Positions 49,855 through 59,040 of a stretch of 64,000 bases of DNA are shown here, piece by piece. Origin of the DNA: an uncultured Lewinella sp. (GTDB lineage Bacteria; Bacteroidota; Bacteroidia; Chitinophagales; Saprospiraceae); assembly GCA_963668285.1 (NCBI GenBank), contig OY764630.1:2232-66231 (forward strand). The letters are read 5' to 3'. The translations under genes and the position numbers were made by a program. Within the stretch, counting starts at the first letter, position 1. Each line of letters begins with the position of its first letter. The notes under the pieces were generated by a model. It saw only the letters and a list, made by a program, of their open reading frames with translations. It did no database searches and was not told the DNA's origin.

Positions 49855-51183
49855 ATGAGCTTCGCAGACTTAAATCTCAGCAGTGCGCTCCTACGCGCGG
49901 TCGAGGAGGATTTACAACTTGAACGGCCTACGGCGATACAAGCCAAAGCGTTCTCCCCGATCATGGCGGGCCGCGACGTCGTAGGAATCGCACAGACCGG
50001 TACGGGAAAGACCTTCGCCTACTTGCTTCCGCTACTGAGGCTCTGGAAGTTTACCAAATCCCCACTCCCTCAGATCCTCATCATCGTACCGACCCGGGAG
50101 CTGGTCCTTCAGGTCGTCGCCTCCGTCGAGGCGGTTACACCTTATATGTCCGTAGCAACGGTCGGCGTGTACGGCGGGGTGAACCTGAAGGTGCACAAGG
50201 CGGAGATCGAGCGGGGCGTCGACGTGGTGGTCGGAACCCCGGGCCGTCTGGTGGATCTTTTGAAGGACAACGTCCTCAAACTGAAGCAGATCAAACGATT
50301 CGTGCTCGATGAGGTCGATGAGATGCTTGATCTGGGTTTCCGTAGCCAGCTCAACGACATCCTGGATTTTCTACCTAAAAAGCGGCAGCACCTGTTCTTT
50401 TCGGCAACCATGATTCCGGAAGTGCTGGCCACCATCGAGCAGTTCACCGACTACTACGAACTGATCGAAACCGCCCCGAGCGGGGCGCCGCTGGAAAATA
50501 TCGGCCAGTACGTCTACGAGGCCCGCAACTTCAATACGAAGGCCAACTTACTGGAGCACCTGCTGGCTACCGACGGCGGCATGGAGAAGGTACTCGTGTT
50601 CTGCGCTACCCGGCGGCTCGCAGATGCGCTCTACGAGCGGCTGAATCCGGATATGAACGATGCCGTAGCTATCATTCATAGCTCCAAAACGCAGAACTAC
50701 CGCATCCGCTCCATCGAAGGATTCGCGGCGGGGAACAACCGGGTACTGATCGCCACCGACCTGGTGGCCCGCGGCATCGACGTAGAGGGCGTAACCCACG
50801 TCATCAATTTCGACGTGGCCACCACCGCCGAACAACACACCCACCGGATCGGCCGTACCGGGCGGGCGAAAGCAAAAGGCACCGCTTATACCTTCGTTAG
50901 CCAGGAAGAGGCCGACTACCTGGCCGAGATCGAGGCGCTGATGGGGATTAGCTTACCCATCCTCCCCTTACCCCCTACGGTGATCGTGACCGACGAACTC
51001 ATCGACTTGGAAAAGGACCCGGCCTACGTACCGGAAGCCGTTACCTACCTACGCCCGGAGGAGGGTAAGGAAGCTTACCACACGAAGAGCGCGAAGAACC
51101 AGAAGGTCAACGTTCGGGAAGGCCGCCGCGATAAAATGATGAAGAAGTACAAGAAGCCGCAGACGCGCGGTAGCAAGAAGTAG
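49855..51183 (+). CDS. DEAD-box RNA helicase
   Basis: Q motif PTAIQ, AQTGTGKT, PTREL, TPGRL, DEVD, SAT, ARGID, HRIGRTGRA. Start ATG at 49855 follows TATCTTTG. Confidence 0.95.
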   Translation: MSFADLNLSSALLRAVEEDLQLERPTAIQAKAFSPIMAGRDVVGIAQTGTGKTFAYLLPLLRLWKFTKSPLPQILIIVPTRELVLQVVASVEAVTPYMSVATVGVYGGVNLKVHKAEIERGVDVVVGTPGRLVDLLKDNVLKLKQIKRFVLDEVDEMLDLGFRSQLNDILDFLPKKRQHLFFSATMIPEVLATIEQFTDYYELIETAPSGAPLENIGQYVYEARNFNTKANLLEHLLATDGGMEKVLVFCATRRLADALYERLNPDMNDAVAIIHSSKTQNYRIRSIEGFAAGNNRVLIATDLVARGIDVEGVTHVINFDVATTAEQHTHRIGRTGRAKAKGTAYTFVSQEEADYLAEIEALMGISLPILPLPPTVIVTDELIDLEKDPAYVPEAVTYLRPEEGKEAYHTKSAKNQKVNVREGRRDKMMKKYKKPQTRGSKK

Positions 51184-51193
51184 CCTAATAGTC

Positions 51194-51415
51194 TTACTCC
51201 ACAATCTCGTAGTCGATGCCCAGTTTACGCAGGGAACGGAAAGCGCTGCTCTGATTGAAGCTCACCTCGATGTCTACCGGGCTGCCTTCCAACAAGATGG
51301 TGGTAAGTTCGTTCCCAAGGTTGCTATCTACGTCGTCACCGATTTCGGCGAGGGTACGGGCAATAGCCCGGCGATCCGGGCGGTCGGTGTCGCAAGAGAT
51401 TAATTTTAGCTGCAT
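51194..51415 (-). CDS. Hypothetical 73-aa protein
   Basis: ATG with an A-rich leader, fills the intergenic gap, amphipathic alpha/beta pattern. Confidence 0.7.
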   Translation of the reverse strand: MQLKLISCDTDRPDRRAIARTLAEIGDDVDSNLGNELTTILLEGSPVDIEVSFNQSSAFRSLRKLGIDYEIVE

Positions 51416-51487
51416 TTTGTTTGTATTTATAGCAAAAGTAAACGTTTTGCGTTCAAATTACAAACTTTCTTCCCCCACTTTATCGGC

Positions 51488-53707
51488 ATGGACAAACCCG
51501 CTTACTACCGTTCAGGTATCCTGGCATCGCTACCCGCCTGGCTCATCTGCCTTGCGCTGTTCTCCTGCAAGGTACCCGAGCGCCCGTCCAGCGAAGTTAC
51601 CCCGGTGACGGCCCGTCAGGACGTTACCCGGGGGGCCCGACAAGCGAGCACCTGGCGCTTCGTGTACTGCGTAGAAGCGTTCGAAGACGGCCAGGCGCTC
51701 GCACGACTTTTGGAAAGCATCGCCCAAACCCAACCCAGTGGTAAGCGTATCGAGGTGATCGACTGTCACGCTACCTCGGCGGATAGTCTGGCCGCCGGGC
51801 CATCGCTCTGGTTCGGCACCAAACCACCCGAGAAACTGGACGTCCTGAGCGAGCAACGGGGTACGATGCGCTTCGACAACCGCATAACGCTCGCCGGTGG
51901 TGACCTGCTCGCCCTACCCTACTACCGGAACCCCTGGAACGACGGCCGCTCTACCACGGGGGTATATTACGCCAAAGAGCTACCGAGGCTGCTGGCCTAC
52001 CTCAAGGAGCGTCAGCAGGGTATGTGGGACAACATTTTCTGGTCGCGCTGGTCCTTCGAAGTGCACCGGGAGAACGGCGATCGCATCTACGGAAACTACC
52101 TGGACAGTACTTGGGCCTTCGATCTCGATTCGGAAGTATACCTCCACAAACCAACCGACCCGATCCTGAGTACGACCGACTACCGGGTCTTCGCCTTCGA
52201 CGGGCTGCAAGCCGGCCAGGATACTGCGGCGCTACGCCGACTACTCGATCTGGCCGCGGGCACCGCTACGTCCGCCACGGGGAAGCGGCGTACGACCCCG
52301 CTCGACGTCCATCTGTATCCGAGCATCGAACGCCTGGGGATAGCTACGGGTAGGATGGACGACGCCTATTTTGACGCGCAAGTAAGCAGGCTGCACCTAT
52401 ACGTACCCCCGGGCGAGGAAAGTGACCGGGCCCTCGATCCGACGATCTGGATAGCCATGGCGCACGATCGACAACCCACCGCAGCCGGTGCGTTCGCGCA
52501 ACTACTCTTCGCCGCGGAGCTACAACGGGCGGCCGACTTACCCGACGCTACCGCCGAACTACTGAAGCGAGAACTGCGGTACGCTAAGCGCATTGCTGCG
52601 CTGAAAGACATGAGCCAGGACTATCCTACCGAAGCCGACGCCCGGTCGGGCCGTATACAGTGGGCGCTAGCGCTGGCACGGGTCTTCACCGATGCGGGAA
52701 GTCCGCCGCAAAGGGCGTCTTTACCACCGGTCCCCCCCGTGCTGGCCGGGATGACCTTTGCCCACGAAGGGTACCGTATTTATAATGGATACGGTGGCAG
52801 GACGGTCGGCCCGTCCCTCGACAGCCTTAGCCGCCTCAACGTCAATGCCCTGAGTATCGTCCCCTATACCTTTCAAAGAGACGCGCGCAAGGCAGCCGAG
52901 TTCCGCATACCCCGCCGGGCCGGTTCGGAAACGGACGGTGCGACCGTCCATTCCATTCGCGAGGCCCGCGAGCGAGGCTGGTACGTACTACTAAAACCCC
53001 AGATCTGGGTAGGTGGCGGCAGTTGGCCGGGGGATATCGACATGGCCACCGACGAAGCTTGGCAAGCCTGGTTCCGTGCCTACCGCTACTGGATCCTGCA
53101 CTACGCCCTCCTCGCCGAAAGGGAAGGCGTGGACGGCCTCTGTATCGGTACCGAACTGGTCCGCTCGACCATCGATCAGCCGGCGCGGTGGAAGAGCGTC
53201 ATCGGGGATATTCGAAGCGTCTATTCCGGTCACCTGACCTACGCCGCGAACTGGGGTGAGGAGTTCGAGAACCTTACCTTCTGGCGGGAGCTGGATGCCA
53301 TCGGTCTCAATTCCTACTACCCCCTCAGCGATGAAGACGCGCCGAGCGACGAAGACCTGCGCCGGGGCGCGGAGGGCTGGTGCACCATGGCCGCCAAGGT
53401 CGCCCGCAGAGAAGGCAAACCACTATGGCTCACGGAGGTCGGTTACCGTTCCGTCGCTCGGCCCTGGAAGAACCCCCACGCCGAGGCGGGCGAACGCATG
53501 ATGACCGCGAACGATCAGGATAGGGCCTACCGCGCCCTGGTGCACGCCGTGGGGGCCTCCCCCGAAGTATCCGGCATGTTCGTCTGGAAGTGGCCCAGCT
53601 ACCTGGGCTACGGTGGCCGGCAAGACGACTCCGACCGCCGCTTCACGCCGGGGGGCAAACCCGCCGCGATCACGCTGGGCGAGTTTTACGGCCGATGGAA
53701 AAGGTGA
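51488..53707 (+). CDS. Lipoprotein with C-terminal GH113-like (clan GH-A TIM barrel) glycoside hydrolase
   Basis: Lipobox LALFSC. C-terminal VLLKPQIW, WFRAY, IGTEL (acid/base), TYAANW, SYYPL, LTEVGY (nucleophile), GMFVWKW. Confidence 0.82.
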   Translation: MDKPAYYRSGILASLPAWLICLALFSCKVPERPSSEVTPVTARQDVTRGARQASTWRFVYCVEAFEDGQALARLLESIAQTQPSGKRIEVIDCHATSADSLAAGPSLWFGTKPPEKLDVLSEQRGTMRFDNRITLAGGDLLALPYYRNPWNDGRSTTGVYYAKELPRLLAYLKERQQGMWDNIFWSRWSFEVHRENGDRIYGNYLDSTWAFDLDSEVYLHKPTDPILSTTDYRVFAFDGLQAGQDTAALRRLLDLAAGTATSATGKRRTTPLDVHLYPSIERLGIATGRMDDAYFDAQVSRLHLYVPPGEESDRALDPTIWIAMAHDRQPTAAGAFAQLLFAAELQRAADLPDATAELLKRELRYAKRIAALKDMSQDYPTEADARSGRIQWALALARVFTDAGSPPQRASLPPVPPVLAGMTFAHEGYRIYNGYGGRTVGPSLDSLSRLNVNALSIVPYTFQRDARKAAEFRIPRRAGSETDGATVHSIREARERGWYVLLKPQIWVGGGSWPGDIDMATDEAWQAWFRAYRYWILHYALLAEREGVDGLCIGTELVRSTIDQPARWKSVIGDIRSVYSGHLTYAANWGEEFENLTFWRELDAIGLNSYYPLSDEDAPSDEDLRRGAEGWCTMAAKVARREGKPLWLTEVGYRSVARPWKNPHAEAGERMMTANDQDRAYRALVHAVGASPEVSGMFVWKWPSYLGYGGRQDDSDRRFTPGGKPAAITLGEFYGRWKR

Positions 53708-53786
53708 GCCGATGCGTCGACACGTTATTGAGTATATTGTCCCATTCACAAATAACCCATTTTGAAATGGCCAAAATATCTCTATC

Positions 53787-55187
53787 ATGTCCGGTAACTT
53801 CACATTCGAGCTACTCTGTATCGACCCCGATGACATTGTCAATCACGAAGCATTTATCCGGGCCATCAGCTTCAGCGCGGCGATCTTTAACGGCAAAACG
53901 CCCATCATTACCCCCAACCTCGACGGCGTCCCCTACATCAAAGGAGAAAATGAACTATTCATTCATGTAGTACCGATTGACACCAGTAAGATCATCACCG
54001 AGCTGGTCGAGAGCGCCTTCATCGTCCGTGTCGAAAGCAAATATTTCGAGGAACTCGAACCCCTCCGCCAGCGCATGCTACGGCACTTTCGCGAAACGCT
54101 CAAGTTCAAGCACATACGCATTCTGCAGGATGACATCTCCTCCGAGATCGCCAATCAACTCTACCCTAAAATCAACGCGGTGGAGAACCTGCTCCGCCGC
54201 TACCTGATCAAGTTTTTCTTTCAGCGTGTCGGTATCAATTGGTGGGACGTTACGGCCACCCCGAAGATGATCGAAAAGGTCCGCTCCCGCCAGCGCAACC
54301 GCTCCAACCAGTTTAGTCACTTCATCGATAGCGACATCGAATTCGCCGATTTCGACGATCTCGGCTTGCTCATCTACAAGCAGTCGACCGGCTTCAACGA
54401 CCCGGAGCGCGTACTGGAGCTGCTCGATGAAATCACCACCATCGAGGATCTGGACGAGCTGAAGCAAAACCTCCAGGGCAACTACACCAAATACTTCAAA
54501 ACCTTCTTTCGGGACAAAAATTTCGAGAAGCTTTGGAAAGACATGTCCCGCATCCGCAACAAGGTCGCCCACCAGGCCACCTTTTTCCACAGCGAGCTGC
54601 TCAAGGGCAAAGAACTATCCGGTGCCCTCACCAAAATCATCATCGACGCCGAGCAGCACATCGACGAGATCGTGCTGAGCCTGAAGGAGAAGAAAGCCAT
54701 TCACCAGGCGGCCATTACCGTCGTTCAGGAAGAGGAGGAAGTAGCCGCGGAGAAGGCCAAAGTCACCCACACTTCCGACGGTAGCCCCCCGGGTATGGAA
54801 TTGGCGGCTACGACCGACGCCCACCTGCCGAAGGAAGACTTCGATGCCCGCGTGAAGCTCTCCGGCCCCCGCGTCATCGGCAAGATCAAATTGGAGCACA
54901 AGGTCAAGACCTACCACAAGACCGCGGCGCCCGGCTACATCATCATTACGGAAGAGGAAATTCTCGACGAGCTACAGGTCGCCAGGGAACTTAGCTATAC
55001 CGATTACGTTGGCCTCAAGTGGTTCGTCACCCAGTTTCTTAGCAATAAAGGCTACGCGGTGGGCCCCACCTATTCCTTGATCAACATCCTGATCGAGCAA
55101 CAAACCGTAGAACTCTACGACATTGAAAACGCTGACGGCCACAAGGTTAAGGCCGTCCGATTCCCATTCCGTCAAGCCGCCAGCTAA
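53787..55187 (+). CDS. HEPN-domain protein (Swt1/SAV2148-like), putative RNase
   Basis: LYPKINAVENLLRRYL...GINWW, DFDDL, and the Rx4H motif RNKVAH (54555-54572). Confidence 0.75.
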   Translation: MSGNFTFELLCIDPDDIVNHEAFIRAISFSAAIFNGKTPIITPNLDGVPYIKGENELFIHVVPIDTSKIITELVESAFIVRVESKYFEELEPLRQRMLRHFRETLKFKHIRILQDDISSEIANQLYPKINAVENLLRRYLIKFFFQRVGINWWDVTATPKMIEKVRSRQRNRSNQFSHFIDSDIEFADFDDLGLLIYKQSTGFNDPERVLELLDEITTIEDLDELKQNLQGNYTKYFKTFFRDKNFEKLWKDMSRIRNKVAHQATFFHSELLKGKELSGALTKIIIDAEQHIDEIVLSLKEKKAIHQAAITVVQEEEEVAAEKAKVTHTSDGSPPGMELAATTDAHLPKEDFDARVKLSGPRVIGKIKLEHKVKTYHKTAAPGYIIITEEEILDELQVARELSYTDYVGLKWFVTQFLSNKGYAVGPTYSLINILIEQQTVELYDIENADGHKVKAVRFPFRQAAS

Positions 55188-55198
55188 GTAGTAATTCC

Positions 55199-56275
55199 AT
55201 GTCAAAATCCGCTTCGGGCCGCAGCGAGGGGCGCGTTCATCGCAACCTGTTCTTTCTGCTGGTCGCCCTCGTTACCGCCGTCTTTTTCGGCATGATCGGC
55301 CCGTTCCTGCTCACCATATTATGGGCGGTCGTCCTGTCGATCATCTTCTATGGGCTCTACCGGCGCATCGCCAAATGGCTTGGCCCCAACCGCGGTGGGT
55401 ACGCGGCCGGCATCACCTGCGTACTCGTGTTTCTCTTCGGCGTCGTGCCGTTAATTCTGCTCAGCCTCTCCCTGATCAGCCAGGCAAGCGAGTTGTACGC
55501 GGCCGTCGAAAGCGGTGAGCTGGACGTCAACGTCGTCATCGACTACGTAGAGACCGAGCTACCGCGCCTGGCCGGTTTCCTGGAAGGGTACGGCGTCAAC
55601 GTCGATAACGTCCGCGAAAACGTTACCACCGCCGCCGGGCAGGTCGGCCAGGTAGCCTTATCCGGCGGTCTTGCCATCACCGGCAACATCATCAATACTT
55701 TCGTGCAGTTCACGCTGATGCTCTACCTGCTGTACTTCTTTTTGAAGGATGGGCGCATGATCGTTCAACGCCTCATCAGCACCGTGCCGCTGGGCAACGT
55801 CCGCGAGCGACTGCTCATCCGCCGCTTCGTGCAGGTAAGCAGGGCAACCCTGAAGGGGACGGTGATCGTAGCGGTAACGCAAGGGGCCATCGGCGGTATC
55901 TTGTTCTGGATCGTGGGCATCCAGGCCCCGCTGTTGTGGGGGGTGGCGATGACCCTGCTGGCCTTATTGCCCGTCGGCGGCAGCGCGATCGTCTGGGTGC
56001 CGGCAGCCATCATTTTATTCATCCAGGGCGAAATCCTCAATGCGGTGGTGATCGTGGTCGTCGGGTCCCTCATCATCGGCCTGGTAGATAACCTGCTTCG
56101 TCCGATCCTGGTCGGGCGGGATACCCAGATGCCCGACTACCTGGTGTTGATCTCCACGCTTGGCGGTATCGCCTACTTCGGCCTGAGCGGCTTCGTGATC
56201 GGACCGACGGTAGCCGCGCTGTTCATTACCGTCTGGGAGATGATGGGTACGGAGTTCGGCGGTAGGTCGAGCTGA
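55199..56275 (+). CDS. AI-2E family transporter (YdiK/PerM-like)
   Basis: YFFLKDG, LPVGGSAIVWVP, DNLLRPILVG, GFVIGP. Confidence 0.93.
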   Translation: MSKSASGRSEGRVHRNLFFLLVALVTAVFFGMIGPFLLTILWAVVLSIIFYGLYRRIAKWLGPNRGGYAAGITCVLVFLFGVVPLILLSLSLISQASELYAAVESGELDVNVVIDYVETELPRLAGFLEGYGVNVDNVRENVTTAAGQVGQVALSGGLAITGNIINTFVQFTLMLYLLYFFLKDGRMIVQRLISTVPLGNVRERLLIRRFVQVSRATLKGTVIVAVTQGAIGGILFWIVGIQAPLLWGVAMTLLALLPVGGSAIVWVPAAIILFIQGEILNAVVIVVVGSLIIGLVDNLLRPILVGRDTQMPDYLVLISTLGGIAYFGLSGFVIGPTVAALFITVWEMMGTEFGGRSS

Positions 56276-56276
56276 A

Positions 56277-56416
56277 TATTGTTTTTTGCGACGGCTCCCT
56301 TCGGTCGGGCCTGCCGGCCGGCGCAGGTGCAGGGAATCTCTTTCGGGGCTACCGCCCCAAAAGAGATTTTTGGAAGTGCAGGCCCGGGGTTCCTTCCCGT
56401 AAGCGAAAAACGAATA
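56277..56416. repeat. Long nested foldback element containing a terminator-like hairpin (56335-56371)
   Basis: Paired segments tattgttttttgc/gcgaaaaacgaata, cgggcctgc/gcaggcccg and aatctctttcggggc/gccccaaaagagatt. Confidence 0.65.
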
Positions 56417-56436
56417 GCGACGTAACTTTGCCCCAG

Positions 56437-58071
56437 ATGCCTGAATCCTCCTCTAAGATCTGGATGCCGCTCCTCCTGGCTTCCGTACTAGCAACCGGCC
56501 TGTTCCTGGGGTACCGCCTCAACTACGCGGGCCCGCTCATCTCTAGCAGCGCCGACAGCAGCGGATCGCGCGGCGGCAGGGTCGAAGAGATCCTCCGCTA
56601 CGTCGATGCGAAGTACGTCGATGAGGCCGATACCGACCGGCTACACGAGGCAGCCATTACGGCCGTGATGAAGGATCTCGACCCCCACAGCAGCTACATC
56701 CCCGCCCGCGAGCTACAGACGCTCAACGAATCCATGCAGGGCAACTTCGAAGGCATCGGTATCGAATTTCTCGTAGTCGACGATACGATCACGGTCGTCT
56801 CCGCCCTCCCCGATGGCCCCAGTGCCATAGCCGGCCTCCTGCCCGGCGATCAGATCGTAATGGTCGAGGATAGCGTCGTGACTGGCGTCGAACGATTCGG
56901 CGTGGACCCCTCCACCCTCCTCCGTGGCCAAGACGGTACGAAGGTTAACGTGAGCGTACGCAGGCCCGGCCTCTTCGAGAAGCGGGTGTTCAACATTACT
57001 CGCGCGCCTATTCCTATCTTCAGCGTCGATGCCGCTTACCTGCTCGACGATAAGACGGCCTACGTGCGCATCAATCGGTTCAGCCGCGATACCTACGATG
57101 AATTCGTCAAAGCCCTCGAGTCGGAGTTAGAAGGTAAAGACGCCCACAACCTCGTCATCGACCTGCGCGGCAACCCCGGTGGCTACCTTCAGGAGGCCAC
57201 GAAGATCCTCAGTCAGCTTTTCGTCGAGAAAGGCATCTTGCTCGTTTACACCGAAGGCCGTAGCTCCCGCCGGGCCGAGTACAAGACCAACGGCCGCGCT
57301 TTCTACAACATTCAAAAAATTGCCGTCCTCGTCGACGGGGGCTCGGCCAGCGCGAGCGAGATCGTGGCCGGCGCCATCCAGGATCACGATCGCGGCATCA
57401 TCGTCGGCCGGCGCACCTTCGGCAAGGGCTTGGTACAGGAACAATATCCGCTGAGGGATTCCTCGGCGCTGCGGCTGACCGTAGCTCGCTACTTCACCCC
57501 CTCCGGCCGCAGCATCCAACGCCCCTACGAAGACGGGGAAGAGGAATACCGCGACGATCTCGGCCGCCGCTACGAAAGCGGTGAGCTGACGGGGCGGGCG
57601 GCGATCGTCCAGGATAGTAGCTCCCTGTTCTATACGGACAACGGCCACGCCGTCTTCGGTGGGGGAGGCATTACGCCCGACTACTTCGTCCCGCTGGATA
57701 CGTCGCTGACGGACGAGAACTACCTACGCCTCCGGCAACAGATCCCCTCCTACCTATTCGAATACGTCCGCGCCAACCCGCGCCTCAGCGACTACGCCAG
57801 CGTGGATAAATTCGCCAAGGCCTACCGACTATCCATTGACGACATTCTACCCGGCCTGCTCCGCCGGGCGAAAAGGGACTATGAGGCAATTGACGGCCGG
57901 CTAGACCGCACCTACCACGACGAACTGGTACACTACTTCAAGGCCCGGCTGGCTAAACAGCTTTTCGATAACTCCGCTTACTACCGCATCCTCAACGAGC
58001 GGGACGATACGGTGAACGAGGCGCTTCGTTTGCTGCAGACCAACGACCCCCTGGCCGAAGCCCGTTCCTAA
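56437..58071 (+). CDS. S41A C-terminal processing protease (CtpA/Prc family)
   Basis: LDPHSSY, PDZ GIGIEF, DLRGNPGG, SASASEIVAGAIQD, TFGKGLVQ. Start ATG at 56437 follows TAACTTTG. Confidence 0.94.
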   Translation: MPESSSKIWMPLLLASVLATGLFLGYRLNYAGPLISSSADSSGSRGGRVEEILRYVDAKYVDEADTDRLHEAAITAVMKDLDPHSSYIPARELQTLNESMQGNFEGIGIEFLVVDDTITVVSALPDGPSAIAGLLPGDQIVMVEDSVVTGVERFGVDPSTLLRGQDGTKVNVSVRRPGLFEKRVFNITRAPIPIFSVDAAYLLDDKTAYVRINRFSRDTYDEFVKALESELEGKDAHNLVIDLRGNPGGYLQEATKILSQLFVEKGILLVYTEGRSSRRAEYKTNGRAFYNIQKIAVLVDGGSASASEIVAGAIQDHDRGIIVGRRTFGKGLVQEQYPLRDSSALRLTVARYFTPSGRSIQRPYEDGEEEYRDDLGRRYESGELTGRAAIVQDSSSLFYTDNGHAVFGGGGITPDYFVPLDTSLTDENYLRLRQQIPSYLFEYVRANPRLSDYASVDKFAKAYRLSIDDILPGLLRRAKRDYEAIDGRLDRTYHDELVHYFKARLAKQLFDNSAYYRILNERDDTVNEALRLLQTNDPLAEARS

Positions 58072-58074
58072 CTA

Positions 58075-59013
58075 TCACTCGAAGTGAGCGCCGGGGGCCA
58101 AGGTGGATCCCCGTAAGAAATCCCCTGCCTCCATACGCCGCCGGCCCGCTATCTGCAGGCGGAGTACGCTGACGGCCCCGTCGCGCGTAGCAACCCTGAG
58201 GAAAGTCTTATCGTCACTCAAGATCGACCCCGGCGTTGCGCCGACCGGCCCACCCGACTGTATTCTCGTTTCGATGATCTTGACCTGGCTGTTAGCCAGC
58301 ATCGTCCAGGCCGCCGGGTAGGGGCTCAGCCCGCGTATAAAGTCGTGTACCTCCTGGCTCGGTCGCGCCCAGTCGATCCGACAATTCTCCCGGTGCAGTT
58401 TTGGCGCGGGCGAAGCCTTACTATCGTCCTGCTTAAGTAGCGTGTATTCCCCGCCGGTCAGTAGCTTGACCGTATCCAGCACGAGCTCACTGCCCTCCAG
58501 CATCATCCGGTCGTGCACGTTGCCCGCCGTATCGTTCTCTCCGATGGGCAGGGAACGCTGGAGGAGGATGTCTCCGGTATCGATGGCGTGCTGAATTTTG
58601 AAGGTGGTACAGCCCGTCTGTTTTTCTCCCCGCATTACGGCCCAGTTGATCGGGGCGGCACCACGGAAGCTCGGTAGCAGCGAACCGTGCAAATTGAAGG
58701 TACCGAGCGGTGGCATGTTCCAGACTACTTCGGGAAGCATGCGAAAGGCGACGACTATCTGTAGCTCCGCACCCAAATTGCGCAGGGCTTTCACAAAACT
58801 TTCCGCCTTCAGGTTCCTGGGCTGGAGTACCGGAATCCCGTGCTTCAGGGCGCACTTCTTGACGGCCGATTCGAGCAGCTGCTTGTTTCCCCGCCCACCG
58901 AGCTTATCGGTTGCGGTTACGACACCGACCACCGGATAGCCGGAGGCGAGTAAAATTTCCAGACTGGGGACGGCGAACTCGGGGGTTCCCATAAAGACGA
59001 TGCGGGGCTTCAT
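58075..59013 (-). CDS. fmt: Methionyl-tRNA formyltransferase
   Basis: IVFMGTPEFA, VVAFRML, NLHGSLLP.FRGAAPI, DTGD, IRGLSPYP. Start ATG at 59013. Confidence 0.97.
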   Translation of the reverse strand: MKPRIVFMGTPEFAVPSLEILLASGYPVVGVVTATDKLGGRGNKQLLESAVKKCALKHGIPVLQPRNLKAESFVKALRNLGAELQIVVAFRMLPEVVWNMPPLGTFNLHGSLLPSFRGAAPINWAVMRGEKQTGCTTFKIQHAIDTGDILLQRSLPIGENDTAGNVHDRMMLEGSELVLDTVKLLTGGEYTLLKQDDSKASPAPKLHRENCRIDWARPSQEVHDFIRGLSPYPAAWTMLANSQVKIIETRIQSGGPVGATPGSILSDDKTFLRVATRDGAVSVLRLQIAGRRRMEAGDFLRGSTLAPGAHFE

Positions 59014-59040
59014 GCCGCGAATTTGCCTATTTTTCCGGGG

